A stretch of 64,000 bases of DNA, from contig CAWCTC010000001.1 of NCBI GenBank assembly GCA_963798465.1, forward strand, positions 132,315 to 196,314. Reading direction: 5' to 3'. Under the pieces are notes generated by a model. It did no database searches. It worked only from the letters and a program-made list of their open reading frames with translations, and was not told the origin of the DNA. Below, in pieces: positions 44,057 through 53,872 of the stretch. The stretch's first letter is position 1. Each line of letters opens with the position of its first letter. The position numbers and the translations under genes are program-made. The DNA is from an uncultured bacterium (lineage in GTDB: Bacteria > Patescibacteriota > Minisyncoccia > Phycocordibacterales > GWA1-40-21).

Positions 44057-45808
44057 ATGAATAATTATTCAGTCAGACCGGAATTAAGCGAAAAAATAAA
44101 TAAAGAATTGGAAAAATATCCGGAAATTTTGCGCAAGCTTTTATATTATCGAGGAATAAAGATGGAAAAAGGAGCCGAAAGTTTTTTGAATCCGATTTTT
44201 GAAGAAAACAACGACCCATTTGAAATGTTCGGAATGGAAATTGCAGTGGAAAGGATTTTTCAGGCGATTGAAAATAAAGAAAAAATAATAATTTACAGTG
44301 ATTATGATGCAGACGGAATTCCTGGCGCGGTAGTTCTTCACGATTTCTTTAAAAAAATCGGCTATGACAATTTTGAAAATTATATTCCGCACAGGGTTCT
44401 TGAAGGTTTCGGATTGAACGATGAAGCAATCGATGAGTTTGCAAAAAATAAAGTTAATTTGATAATCACAGTGGATTGCGGAATCGCCGATGTCGAGGAA
44501 GCGAAAAAAATAAAAAAATATAAGATAGATTTGATAATAACGGATCATCACTTGCCGAGAATTGATTCGAAAGGAAAAGAAGAATTGCCAAAAGCGTTTG
44601 CAATACTTGATTCGAAACAATCAGGATGCAATTATCCAGACAAAAATCTTTGTGGAGCTGGTGTAGCTTTTAAACTTGTCCAAGCTTTGATTTCTAGAAT
44701 TAATACTTTTGACTTTAAAGACTTTCGACTTGATGGACTAACTCCCGGCTGGGAAAAATGGCTTCTCGATATGGTCGCGATTGCAACGATTTCAGATATG
44801 GTTCCGCTTGTAGGAGAAAATAGATTGCTCGCTTATTTTGGCCTAAAAGTTTTGAGAAAATCTCCGCGTCCAGGTTTGCAAAAACTTCTTTCAATAATAA
44901 AAGTTGATCAAAGAAATATTACCGAGGACGACATAGGTTTTATGATTTCTCCGAGAATAAATGCCGCTTCAAGAATGGGAATTCCGGAGGACGCTTTTAA
45001 TATGCTTGTAACAAAAGATGATAATGAAGCGCTAAAATATGCATTTCATTTGAATAAAATAAACGACGAGAGAAAAGGAATCGTCGCAGAAATGGTCAAA
45101 GAAATTAGAAAACATTGGAATAAAATTGACCCGGAGAAAAAAAGAAAAGTTTTGGTCGCGGGAAATCCGGATTGGAAGCCGTCGCTTCTCGGTCTTGTTG
45201 CGAATTCTCTTTTGGACGAACATGACGGACCGATTTTTCTTTGGGGCAGAGAAGAAGGAAAAACTTTGAAAGGTTCTTGCCGTTCTGACGGTTGCGTTGA
45301 TATTGTCGCGATGATGCGAGAAGCTTCAGATTTGTTTGACGAATATGGCGGACATTCTGCTTCGGGAGGTTTTTCTATTTCTCTTGAAAAAGTTGATTTG
45401 CTTGCCGACGGGCTTGAAGCTTCATATCAAAAAGTTTGTGTGAGCGGAAGCAATAAAAAAGAATTAATCGCTGACATTTCAATAAATATCGATGATGTAA
45501 ATAATAATTTGGAAAAAGAAATCAGCATACTCGCGCCGTTTGGAATGGATAATCCGAAGCCGATTTTCTTGTTTAAAAATATTGAAATATTTGATACAAA
45601 AATTTTTGGAAAGAAAAATAATCACTTGAAGATAGATTTTGCAAATAAAAAAGGACAAAAAATTTCCGCAATCGCATTTTTCAAAAAACCGGAAGATTTT
45701 CCCGTGAAAATCGAAAAGGGAGAAAAAATAAATTTGTTGGCGAATATTGAAAAGAGTTTTTTTGCTGGGAGAGAAGAATTGAGATTGAGAATTGTTGATA
45801 TAGTTTAA
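44057..45808 (+). CDS. recJ: single-stranded-DNA-specific exonuclease RecJ
   Basis: DHH motifs (DYDADGI and ITDHH) and a DHHA1 region (GGHSASGG). 583 aa, intact. Confidence 0.9.
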   Translation: MNNYSVRPELSEKINKELEKYPEILRKLLYYRGIKMEKGAESFLNPIFEENNDPFEMFGMEIAVERIFQAIENKEKIIIYSDYDADGIPGAVVLHDFFKKIGYDNFENYIPHRVLEGFGLNDEAIDEFAKNKVNLIITVDCGIADVEEAKKIKKYKIDLIITDHHLPRIDSKGKEELPKAFAILDSKQSGCNYPDKNLCGAGVAFKLVQALISRINTFDFKDFRLDGLTPGWEKWLLDMVAIATISDMVPLVGENRLLAYFGLKVLRKSPRPGLQKLLSIIKVDQRNITEDDIGFMISPRINAASRMGIPEDAFNMLVTKDDNEALKYAFHLNKINDERKGIVAEMVKEIRKHWNKIDPEKKRKVLVAGNPDWKPSLLGLVANSLLDEHDGPIFLWGREEGKTLKGSCRSDGCVDIVAMMREASDLFDEYGGHSASGGFSISLEKVDLLADGLEASYQKVCVSGSNKKELIADISINIDDVNNNLEKEISILAPFGMDNPKPIFLFKNIEIFDTKIFGKKNNHLKIDFANKKGQKISAIAFFKKPEDFPVKIEKGEKINLLANIEKSFFAGREELRLRIVDIV

Positions 45809-45871
45809 ATATGTTTTTGCTTGCGATTTCGGTAATTTTGGGGTAAATTAGTCTTTGTTCGACAAATAAAT

Positions 45872-45958
45872 GGAAGAGTGGCTGAGTGGTTTAAAGCACC
45901 AGTCTTGAAAACTGGAGGGCTCGCAAGGGTCCCGTGAGTTCGAATCTCACCTCTTCCG
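45872..45958 (+). tRNA. tRNA-Ser (anticodon TGA)
   Basis: Acceptor GGAAGAG/CTCTTCC, anticodon loop CTTGAAA, long variable arm, T-arm GTGAG-TTCGAAT-CTCAC, discriminator G. Confidence 0.9.
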
Positions 45959-46135
45959 CAACGACAAATAAAAACAGCCTGGGAAGGCTGTTTTTATTTT
46001 GGCGTCATGGATGAAAGGTGAGATTCGAAAGACGGAGCCGACACGAACGATAGTGAATGAATCGGCGAGTCGGGGTCGCAAGTTCTTATGAGCGAAGCGA
46101 ATTAGAAACTTGGACCGAATCTCACCTCTTCCGCA
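45959..46135 (+). other. tRNA-like trailer module behind tRNA-Ser
   Basis: Hairpin AAATAAAAACAGCC...GGCTGTTTTTATTT. GGTGAGATTC (46017-46026) pairs with GAATCTCACC (46117-46126), enclosing GAAAGAC and hairpins that include a GAGCGAAGCGAA cap. A perfect 19-nt direct repeat of the tRNA 3' end lies at 46117-46135. Confidence 0.5.
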
Positions 46136-46161
46136 AAATAATTTTATGGTAAAATAAAAAG

Positions 46162-46719
46162 ATGATAGCAATAATTACAGCATGGATTTTAGTCGGACTA
46201 TATTGGATTTTAATGTCTTTTAAAAATAAGACATCGACAGAGAGCGAGTCTTCTTTTTCTAGAATATTGTTCTTAGGAATAATGACATTTTCTTTTTATT
46301 TATTATTCTCTGAAAGTTTTCTAGTGCAATTTGGATTGAGTAATTATATTTTTACTTCTTCATTATTGCTTTATTGCGTTGGATTTATGATTGCCTTTAT
46401 AGGTTTAGCTTTTGCAGTCTATTCAAGATATTACATCGGGAAAAATTGGAGTGGACGAATTGAAATAAAAAAAGATCATAAATTATTGACAACAGGACCT
46501 TATGGAATTACAAGACATCCGATTTACACAGGGCTTTTGCTCGGAATTATAGGAACCATATTGATATACAATCAACCAAAAGGATTACTGGCTCTGCTTT
46601 TTATATTTTGTGCATTTTCATTTAAAATAAATAAAGAGGAAAAATTTCTCCTAAAACAATTTCCAGAATACGCGACTTATATGAAAAAAGTAAAAAGGAT
46701 AATTCCTTTTGTTTACTAA
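46162..46719 (+). CDS. isoprenylcysteine carboxyl / phospholipid methyltransferase family membrane protein
   Basis: Multi-TM protein with the ITRHPIYTGLLLG motif. Confidence 0.7.
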   Translation: MIAIITAWILVGLYWILMSFKNKTSTESESSFSRILFLGIMTFSFYLLFSESFLVQFGLSNYIFTSSLLLYCVGFMIAFIGLAFAVYSRYYIGKNWSGRIEIKKDHKLLTTGPYGITRHPIYTGLLLGIIGTILIYNQPKGLLALLFIFCAFSFKINKEEKFLLKQFPEYATYMKKVKRIIPFVY

Positions 46720-46911
46720 TAGACATTATCCTTTTTAGTTCGCATGATGAAATGCATTGTTATAATAATATAAAAATTATTCTAATAACTTCATAGGCCT
46801 TGTTGTCAAAAAGTTTTGATACGAGTATTTCCGCATTTGTAAAATTTACTACAAAAAAGTATGGTATAATTACAAAAGTCGGGATATTTAATTAACTCAA
46901 TTCAAAAAATT

Positions 46912-47073
46912 ATGATGATAAGAGGAAATTTTATTGGTGCGGCGATTGTTGCAATAATTTACACGGTTTATATTTTAATAAAACCTTTTCCGCAGAAATG
47001 GCAGATGGCGTTGATATTGGTGATTCTCAATGCTTTGACAATCGTATTGTTGTATTTTGCATTCAAAGTCTAA
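46912..47073 (+). CDS. hypothetical 53-aa two-TM peptide
   Basis: Preceded by TGGTATAAT. Hydrophobic sequence. Below the ORF-track cutoff. Confidence 0.3.
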   Translation: MMIRGNFIGAAIVAIIYTVYILIKPFPQKWQMALILVILNALTIVLLYFAFKV

Positions 47074-47424
47074 AAATAAAGAATAATTTTGTTGAAACAA
47101 AAAAACCGCTGAAAACAGCGTGTTTTTTAATTTTTCTTGATTGGCTAAGATTAATGGTTACTCTTACAGATAGATATTATTTTTTTTACTACATTATTGC
47201 ATTTGGATTAGTAGTGCTATAATTGTATCGGTTCATTTTGTATCTATTCTGTAAATTTACGTATTTTGGTCGAATTGATTAATTTAATAAAAAATAATTA
47301 ATTAAAACAATAAAATAATTTAAACATACGTAAAATCACAATCTAAATCTTAGAGACTCTTGAAGCTTAGACATAATTTTGTTTGGACAATTTTAAAAAA
47401 TTAATAATTAATAATAAATAAAAA

Positions 47425-49089
47425 ATGAAGAAATTTAATATAATAACTTCGCTCGTTTCTTTTCTTTTTGTTCTCGGTCTCATTGGACCGATCACCACTT
47501 TCGCAGCTACTGCAACAGGAGTACCTCTTGGATCAATAGATACAAATAATATTGTAGTTCTCGGAAAAACTGCGATAACTGATGTACCAGCTTCTATAAT
47601 TACTGGAAATATTGGAATAAGTCCAGCCACAGGTGCGCAAATCGGAGTAACTTGTCCAGAAATTTCAGGTTCAATTTACACAGTTGATGCTTTAACTGCT
47701 TTTGCAGGCGGTCCTGGAGGAAGCGCAGACAATACTTGTGTTATGGCGGGTCCCGGAACAAATAAAACTTTAATTGATAATGCAGTGCTTGATATGGGAA
47801 CTGCTTATACTTATGCTGCGGGTGAAGCAGCAGGAACTGGCGCCTTCTTGAACATAGGAACTCCAGCTGGAACAGTCGGCACAATGACTCTTGCTCCCGG
47901 TGTTTATACTTGGAACAGTAATGTAGATATAACAAATAATGTCACTCTTTCTGGAGGAGCAAATGATGTTTGGGTATTTCAAATAACTGGAACTCTAACT
48001 CTTGAGGCTGCTAAAAGTATTATTTTGACTGGAGGTGCACAAGCAAAAAATGTTTTCTGGCAAGTGACCGGAACCACTAATCTATTAGCTGGCTCAAATA
48101 TGGTTGGAATTATATTGGATCAAACAAATATAGCTATGGTCACTGGCGCAACATTAAATGGAAAAGCTTTAGCTCAAACTGCAGTTACCCTTGAGAGTAA
48201 TACTATCGGGATTTCTGCTTCTGCTGCTCCCATTACTTCGCATAATAGATATTATTCGGCACCATCAGCACCAGTTCCAACTATCCCTATAATCGGAATT
48301 ACAAAAGTCCCAAGTCCTCTATCTTTGCCTTTAGGTCCTGGGGAAGTTACTTATAATTACACAGTTTCAAATATTGGAGGGCAAACGGCATTAACTGATG
48401 TTTCTGTCGTTGATGACAAATGTAGTCCCGTAACTTTAGTTTCTGGTAATTTTAATGGCGATGAAAAACTTTATAAGGGTGCGGACTGGAAATATACTTG
48501 TACCACAATGCTCACAAGCACTACTGCGAATACTGCAATTGCAACCGGATATAGCGATGACAGTTTTCATACAGCAGCAATTGCAACCGCGATTTCTACA
48601 GTTGTCGTCGGTACTTCACTTACACCACCGCTCATAAACGTTGTAAAAGTTCCAAGTCAATTGACTGCGCTTCCATTTGGAGGTGGTAATATAACTTACA
48701 CTTATACGGTTACAAATCCAGGTGTAGTTTCACTTCAAAATGTTTCTGTTGTTGATAACAAATGCAGCACTGTGACTTTAGTTTCCGGTGATTCTAACAA
48801 TAATGGTTTGCTTGATACAAATGAAACATGGAAATATACATGTACGGCAAATGTTCCAGTCTCAACTGCAAGTGTTGCTACAGCAAAAGGCAGTGCAAAC
48901 AGTTTGACAGCGTTAGCTTATTCTTTTGTAAATGTTCTTGTATCAACTCCAACACTTCCTAACACAGGATTTTCTCCTGCTGGCATAACTATTTCATGGC
49001 TTACAATTATTCTTGCTCTTGCTGTCGTAGTACTTGCGATTTGGCTTGCTGTAGTAATGAAGAAAGACAAAAATAAAACAAAAGTTTAG
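47425..49089 (+). CDS. LPXTG-anchored surface protein with an ice-binding-like (DUF3494-type) domain and two DUF11-like repeats
   Basis: Signal peptide. The beta-solenoid-type motif ITGNIGISPATG. Two repeats of about 115 aa (VTYNYTVSNIG...VVDDKCSPVT and ITYTYTVTNPG...VVDNKCSTVT). C-terminal LPNTG, a TM segment and a KK tail. Confidence 0.8.
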   Translation: MKKFNIITSLVSFLFVLGLIGPITTFAATATGVPLGSIDTNNIVVLGKTAITDVPASIITGNIGISPATGAQIGVTCPEISGSIYTVDALTAFAGGPGGSADNTCVMAGPGTNKTLIDNAVLDMGTAYTYAAGEAAGTGAFLNIGTPAGTVGTMTLAPGVYTWNSNVDITNNVTLSGGANDVWVFQITGTLTLEAAKSIILTGGAQAKNVFWQVTGTTNLLAGSNMVGIILDQTNIAMVTGATLNGKALAQTAVTLESNTIGISASAAPITSHNRYYSAPSAPVPTIPIIGITKVPSPLSLPLGPGEVTYNYTVSNIGGQTALTDVSVVDDKCSPVTLVSGNFNGDEKLYKGADWKYTCTTMLTSTTANTAIATGYSDDSFHTAAIATAISTVVVGTSLTPPLINVVKVPSQLTALPFGGGNITYTYTVTNPGVVSLQNVSVVDNKCSTVTLVSGDSNNNGLLDTNETWKYTCTANVPVSTASVATAKGSANSLTALAYSFVNVLVSTPTLPNTGFSPAGITISWLTIILALAVVVLAIWLAVVMKKDKNKTKV

Positions 49090-49133
49090 TCTAATTATCT
49101 GTTGTTAAAACCAACATATAATTAATTAAAAAT

Positions 49134-49754
49134 ATGCAATCGAAAATCTCACTGAAGCTATCATTGTCGATTATTGGTGGAATAATAATTATATTTTCTT
49201 TAGTTATTTTATTCATTCAAAATAATAGTGCACCGCAAAATTTGATTCCTATTGTTCCGCCAGTTGCATATATTGTTCATGCTGTACCTCCTGCAGAATT
49301 ATCGAGTTCAACGCTTCCCGCGCGTCTCGTGATTCCAAAGATAAGCGTTGATGCTTTTGTTGAGTATCTGGGTCTAACTTCAACAGGTGCAATGGATGTT
49401 CCAAAAGGACCAAGCGACGTGGCGTGGTTTGATCTAGGACCGCGTCCTGGAGAGATTGGAGATGCTGTTATTGCAGGACATTATGGTTGGAAAGATAATA
49501 TACCGGCCTCATTTGATAATTTGTCCAAACTGAAAATAGGAGATGAAATATATGTTGAGGATTATTCAGGAGCAACTACTACATTTGTCGTAAAAGAAAT
49601 CGGAAACTTTGATAAGAATGCAGATTCTGCAAATGTTTTTGATTCAAGCGATGGAAAGGCACATCTTAATCTTGTCACATGCGAAGGAATCTGGAACGCA
49701 GCAGAAAAGAGTTATTCTGATAGATTGGTAGTATTTACCGATGAAGAAATATAG
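49134..49754 (+). CDS. sortase family transpeptidase
   Basis: N-terminal TM anchor, catalytic His (VIAGHYGW) and Cys (LNLVTCEG). Lies immediately downstream of the LPNTG substrate. Confidence 0.85.
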   Translation: MQSKISLKLSLSIIGGIIIIFSLVILFIQNNSAPQNLIPIVPPVAYIVHAVPPAELSSSTLPARLVIPKISVDAFVEYLGLTSTGAMDVPKGPSDVAWFDLGPRPGEIGDAVIAGHYGWKDNIPASFDNLSKLKIGDEIYVEDYSGATTTFVVKEIGNFDKNADSANVFDSSDGKAHLNLVTCEGIWNAAEKSYSDRLVVFTDEEI

Positions 49755-49824
49755 TTTGGTTCATTAAAATTTAATAATTAATATGCGCTTATCAGATAAA
49801 AAATATTTTTGATGAGCAAGAAAA

Positions 49825-50094
49825 ATGGTAGAAAATAAAAAAACAGTTAAATCAGTAAGCAAGTTTGTTTCTCAAGGTGCGAAAGATGCCGCATATCTTA
49901 AAGTTAAAGGTAAAAGAATTATTAAAGATATGAAAAAGAGATGGGATGCCAGCGAGCCAAGAAGAAAAATAATGGAAGCTGATGCAAAAAAAGCTATTAA
50001 AAAAATGGTTGGAAAAGGCGGCAGAAAAATGATTAAAAAATCAGTTCAACTTAAAAACGATATCTCAAAAGGAGTAAAACTTGGTTTAAAATAA
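49825..50094 (+). CDS. hypothetical lysine-rich small protein
   Basis: 89-aa ORF, highly basic. Confidence 0.4.
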   Translation: MVENKKTVKSVSKFVSQGAKDAAYLKVKGKRIIKDMKKRWDASEPRRKIMEADAKKAIKKMVGKGGRKMIKKSVQLKNDISKGVKLGLK

Positions 50095-50164
50095 TTTAAA
50101 AATTAATCTATATAAATTGCGTCGAGTTTAAATGATGGTTACTCGACGTTATTTCGCAAAATAA

Positions 50165-50533
50165 ATGAAAAAAATAATAATATCAATAATAATAATTATT
50201 CTTGCTATTTTATTTGTAATAACTTTTGGTATTTTTCAAAATCCAAATTCTGGCCAGCACACCGGCTACATAACTTCAGTTGAAAAATCAGGAATAATTT
50301 TACAGACGTGGACGGTATATGTAAAAACCGATCCGCAATCGTCGCAAGAAGACACTTATTGTGTCACCGATTCAAACACTATTGCTTCTTTGCAAAATTA
50401 TGAAAAAGAAAGATTGCCGGTAACAGTATATTATTCTGCTCCGATTTTATTGTGGAGATGGCAGTGCGGAAATGAATCTTCAATAATAAATTCAGTTTCT
50501 ACAGTCAGTTTATCGACGACTACAGTTCAATAA
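50165..50533 (+). CDS. hypothetical membrane-anchored protein
   Basis: N-terminal TM segment (IIISIIIIILAILFVITFGIF). 122 aa. Confidence 0.45.
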   Translation: MKKIIISIIIIILAILFVITFGIFQNPNSGQHTGYITSVEKSGIILQTWTVYVKTDPQSSQEDTYCVTDSNTIASLQNYEKERLPVTVYYSAPILLWRWQCGNESSIINSVSTVSLSTTTVQ

Positions 50534-50668
50534 ATTACACTACGCTCAAAAAGTTCGCTGAAAATATAGTTTTTTTGTTGATAATCCGTTTGTTTCTATT
50601 TTATTGGAACTGATGTAGAATTACGTTTGTAAAAGGTCAGTCTTATTTATTAGTAATAAAAATTTTTT

Positions 50669-50938
50669 ATGGAAAACATGGACAAAAAGCAGTGGGGAGA
50701 TATGGAATCAAAAGACTCTTGCGGATGCGGAATGCATCATGGAGGCAAGCATCATCTTGTAAAAATAATTTTGAAGCTTGTTATTGTAATAATTATTTTT
50801 TGGTGCGGTTTCCAATTAGGTCAAATGACTGGTTTTATTAAAGCATCTGAAAATGGAATTATGCATACGAGGACATATTCCAACAATATGGCGCCTAACA
50901 TAAATGCTGGAGCGACAACGCTGACCCCGGCACAATAA
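50669..50938 (+). CDS. hypothetical His/Cys-rich membrane protein
   Basis: CGCGMHHGGKHH followed by a TM helix. Confidence 0.4.
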   Translation: MENMDKKQWGDMESKDSCGCGMHHGGKHHLVKIILKLVIVIIIFWCGFQLGQMTGFIKASENGIMHTRTYSNNMAPNINAGATTLTPAQ

Positions 50939-51039
50939 AAGTTTTAAATTACTTTAATTTAAACAAAAAAACCTCGGCTTTCTGCCAAGGTTTTTTTGTT
51001 GTATTTTTAAATAGTGCTAGATAGTGTTAAGATATAGTT

Positions 51040-51894
51040 ATGAAAAAAAGATTCATCCTTTTGTTTACTCTCATAATTTTAATAGCTGTTTCTGTAGCGT
51101 TATATTTCTTTTTACAAAATAAGAATAAAAATCCTGCGGGAAATATTGTGAATTTTTATTGTCAGGAAGGAAATTTTCAGGGAGAATTCGGACAAAATTA
51201 TGTTTTGCTGACATTTTCTGACAAAACAAATCTTCTTTTGCCGCAGGCAACTTCAGGTTCAGGAATCCGCTATGAACTCGGCTCGACGACATTTATCGGG
51301 GAAGGTTCAAATGCATCTCTTACAATCGGAACAACGACTTATACGAATTGCATCGCGGGAAATCAAATATTGAAAAATGGAACGAATACTTATACCGATT
51401 TATCAAAAACTTTTTCTTTTTCATATCCGAGCCAGTTTAAACTTTTTGGCGGAGATTTCGGATATTCTCAAGATTGGAGTGCCGACACAAATGATTTAGG
51501 ACTTCTTTTGACTGAAGTTTATATTCCTCAAAATTTTTTCACGGCAAAAACTAATTTTGGCGATGCAAAATTTACAGTTGGAACAAGTGCAGATCCGGAT
51601 GCTGTGAAAAATTGTCTCGTTTATAATTATGGTCCGGTGGGAACGACAAGCGAAGCCATGATAGGAGACAGAGAATTCACAAAAATGGAATTTACCGACG
51701 CCGGTGCAGGAAATTATTATGATACGACAAGTTACAGAACGATTTATAACAATCAATGCTACGCGGTGGAATACACGATTCATTCCTCGAATATTTATAA
51801 TTACAGTCCGGATCAAGGAGTGACGGAATTTGATAAAGCTGCTGTAACTTCAGTTCTTGAAGGAATCGCACAGAGTTTCAAATTTATTCAATAA
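51040..51894 (+). CDS. membrane-anchored protein with an MliC-like (lysozyme inhibitor) domain
   Basis: TM anchor, then YCQEGN...LLLPQATSGSGIRYE...GEGSNASL...YTNC, matching the MliC pattern. Confidence 0.55.
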   Translation: MKKRFILLFTLIILIAVSVALYFFLQNKNKNPAGNIVNFYCQEGNFQGEFGQNYVLLTFSDKTNLLLPQATSGSGIRYELGSTTFIGEGSNASLTIGTTTYTNCIAGNQILKNGTNTYTDLSKTFSFSYPSQFKLFGGDFGYSQDWSADTNDLGLLLTEVYIPQNFFTAKTNFGDAKFTVGTSADPDAVKNCLVYNYGPVGTTSEAMIGDREFTKMEFTDAGAGNYYDTTSYRTIYNNQCYAVEYTIHSSNIYNYSPDQGVTEFDKAAVTSVLEGIAQSFKFIQ

Positions 51895-51916
51895 AATAAA
51901 ATCCTCGGCGTATTTT

Positions 51917-52093
51917 CTACGTCGAGGATTCTTTTTTCTTTTCTTCTGAGATTTTTTCAGTCTCTTCTTTTTTCGGGTAAGCTTTTTTTACGTCCAGCTG
52001 AGCTCCGTTTTTATTATGACAATTTGAGTGCACTAAACCGAAATAATACGTTCTACAATTTGGGCAAAATTTTCTTCCCGTCGGTTTTTCCAT
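51917..52093 (-). CDS. hypothetical zinc-ribbon small protein
   Basis: AAGGAGA SD 5 nt before the internal ATG. CPNC...H..CH motif with an acidic/basic tail. Confidence 0.4.
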   Translation of the reverse strand: MEKPTGRKFCPNCRTYYFGLVHSNCHNKNGAQLDVKKAYPKKEETEKISEEKKKESST

Positions 52094-52339
52094 TTGATTC
52101 TCCTTTTCGAAAAAATTAACTTCCGGGGTCAATATTAACAAAATAATTAAACATTGCAAATGATGACTTTTACTAATCATTTTGTGATATAATTTATTCA
52201 TTATTAGAATAATATAATAAATATTATGGCCAACGATAGAAATAATTCGAAAAAAGACAAAAAGAAACCAAAGAAGAATAAAAAATAGTTATTTAAAAAA
52301 ACCGCTTCGTGCGGTTTTTTTAAAATGTTCTGTTTTTTA

Positions 52340-52582
52340 TTATGCGGTTTTTTGTTCTTCCTTATCTTTGAAGTAAAGCCAGATAAGATATCCTATTTCA
52401 AGCAAACCGACAGTGTTTACGACTCCCATAATTATGAACATTGTCATATGGTTATGTTTTGCTGCTTGCCACAGGGCGATAAGCTTCCAAACGAGCGACC
52501 AAATTATCACAAATAAAGTTATGAATGGATGTGCAATCATGAAAGAAAACAAAGGTCCGCTTAATGCTGTTTGTGTATTCAT
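52340..52582 (-). CDS. small two-TM membrane protein (DUF5652-like)
   Basis: 80 aa with the LIALWQAAKHNH...LLEIGYLIWLYF pattern. Confidence 0.5.
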   Translation of the reverse strand: MNTQTALSGPLFSFMIAHPFITLFVIIWSLVWKLIALWQAAKHNHMTMFIIMGVVNTVGLLEIGYLIWLYFKDKEEQKTA

Positions 52583-52631
52583 GGAACCATTATATCAAAT
52601 AAAAACTTAATTTCAATTATTGCTGGCAAGC

Positions 52632-53048
52632 TTAGTATTTTCCAGCAACCTCGAAATTGACGTAAAGATTTATAATATAATTCCAAATACCGACGACTGC
52701 TGCGATGATTACTCTCGAATCCAGAAATTCCATATGGAATATTTCCACGAGTATTCTCATTCCCAGCATTGCTATCGCTATACCTATCGATGCTATCGCC
52801 ATGAAGGCAAAATATCCTTTGTGTATTGAAGCAAGAGAACCTTTAAAAACATAATGTCGGCTGAAAAGATAATTTATCGATATCGCTACGGTAAATGCAG
52901 CACCTGTTGCAATTATATAATTCCATTTCAGCATGTCTGTGAAAATATAAAGAAGCGCAAGATCAAAGGCGAAAGTTGAAGCGCCGATTGCGACATATTT
53001 TAGAAAACGTTTTGCTGCTTTTACCACCATAGTCTGATATTCTAGCAA
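52632..53048 (-). CDS. GtrA family membrane protein
   Basis: Four TM helices and an FxxVGxxxxxxxxxxxF-type N-terminus typical of GtrA-like proteins. Confidence 0.7.
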   Translation of the reverse strand: MLEYQTMVVKAAKRFLKYVAIGASTFAFDLALLYIFTDMLKWNYIIATGAAFTVAISINYLFSRHYVFKGSLASIHKGYFAFMAIASIGIAIAMLGMRILVEIFHMEFLDSRVIIAAVVGIWNYIINLYVNFEVAGKY

Positions 53049-53098
53049 GAATTTTTATAAATTGCATATAAAATATCTGCGGTATAATTTCGTTTTAA

Positions 53099-53740
53099 TT
53101 AAAGTCCTGGTTTTTTGGAACTTACTTTATTCTGATCATATATTATATAAACAAAAAACATTGAACTGACAATTGCTGCGAAGAAGCACCAAACCGATGT
53201 AAAATCTATTGTAAAGAAAAGCCATGAAATAATCGCGAGGACTGTGATGATGGCACCAAATATTCTGAAAATCTGCCGGCTGGAAATTATAAGAGGAAGA
53301 AGAGTCGTCAAAAGATATCCGGAGGCTACCAAATCTTTCAATGGGAAATTAAAATTATAATTTATGCATGATTTCAATTCTTGTATGACGGGAGCTTGAG
53401 TCATTATAATTACAAGAAAATACATTGAGATTGCAATTCCCAAAAAAACAAACCATTTCATTACATCGCGTTTTTCTTTGTCGAGTATATAAACTGCAAC
53501 AGGAGAATATATCGGCCATACTACGAATGCAAAAAATAAAAAACCATAACCAGCAATGAGCGATATTGAGCCATTATTCAAATAAATCCATTGAATACCT
53601 TCAAAAAATTGCTGAACGGCGAAAAGAAGTGGAATGATTGCAAGAATTTTATTCTCTTTTTTTGCCGAAGCTAAAGAAGCGACACCGATGACAGCGAGAC
53701 CTCCGCTTGCGATAAAACTAGCTTGAGCTGAAAAGCACAT
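53099..53740 (-). CDS. hypothetical polytopic membrane protein
   Basis: 213 aa with about 6-7 TM helices. Confidence 0.5.
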   Translation of the reverse strand: MCFSAQASFIASGGLAVIGVASLASAKKENKILAIIPLLFAVQQFFEGIQWIYLNNGSISLIAGYGFLFFAFVVWPIYSPVAVYILDKEKRDVMKWFVFLGIAISMYFLVIIMTQAPVIQELKSCINYNFNFPLKDLVASGYLLTTLLPLIISSRQIFRIFGAIITVLAIISWLFFTIDFTSVWCFFAAIVSSMFFVYIIYDQNKVSSKKPGL

Positions 53741-53872
53741 GAGTGAAGTATAACAGGTTTAACATGAAAGCCTATGATTATAAAAGCAGAATCTATGACA
53801 AATATATTATTGATATATGATATAATTGCACCAGCAAAGATTTTTTATTTCTTAAACTAATTTTTAAAAAAA

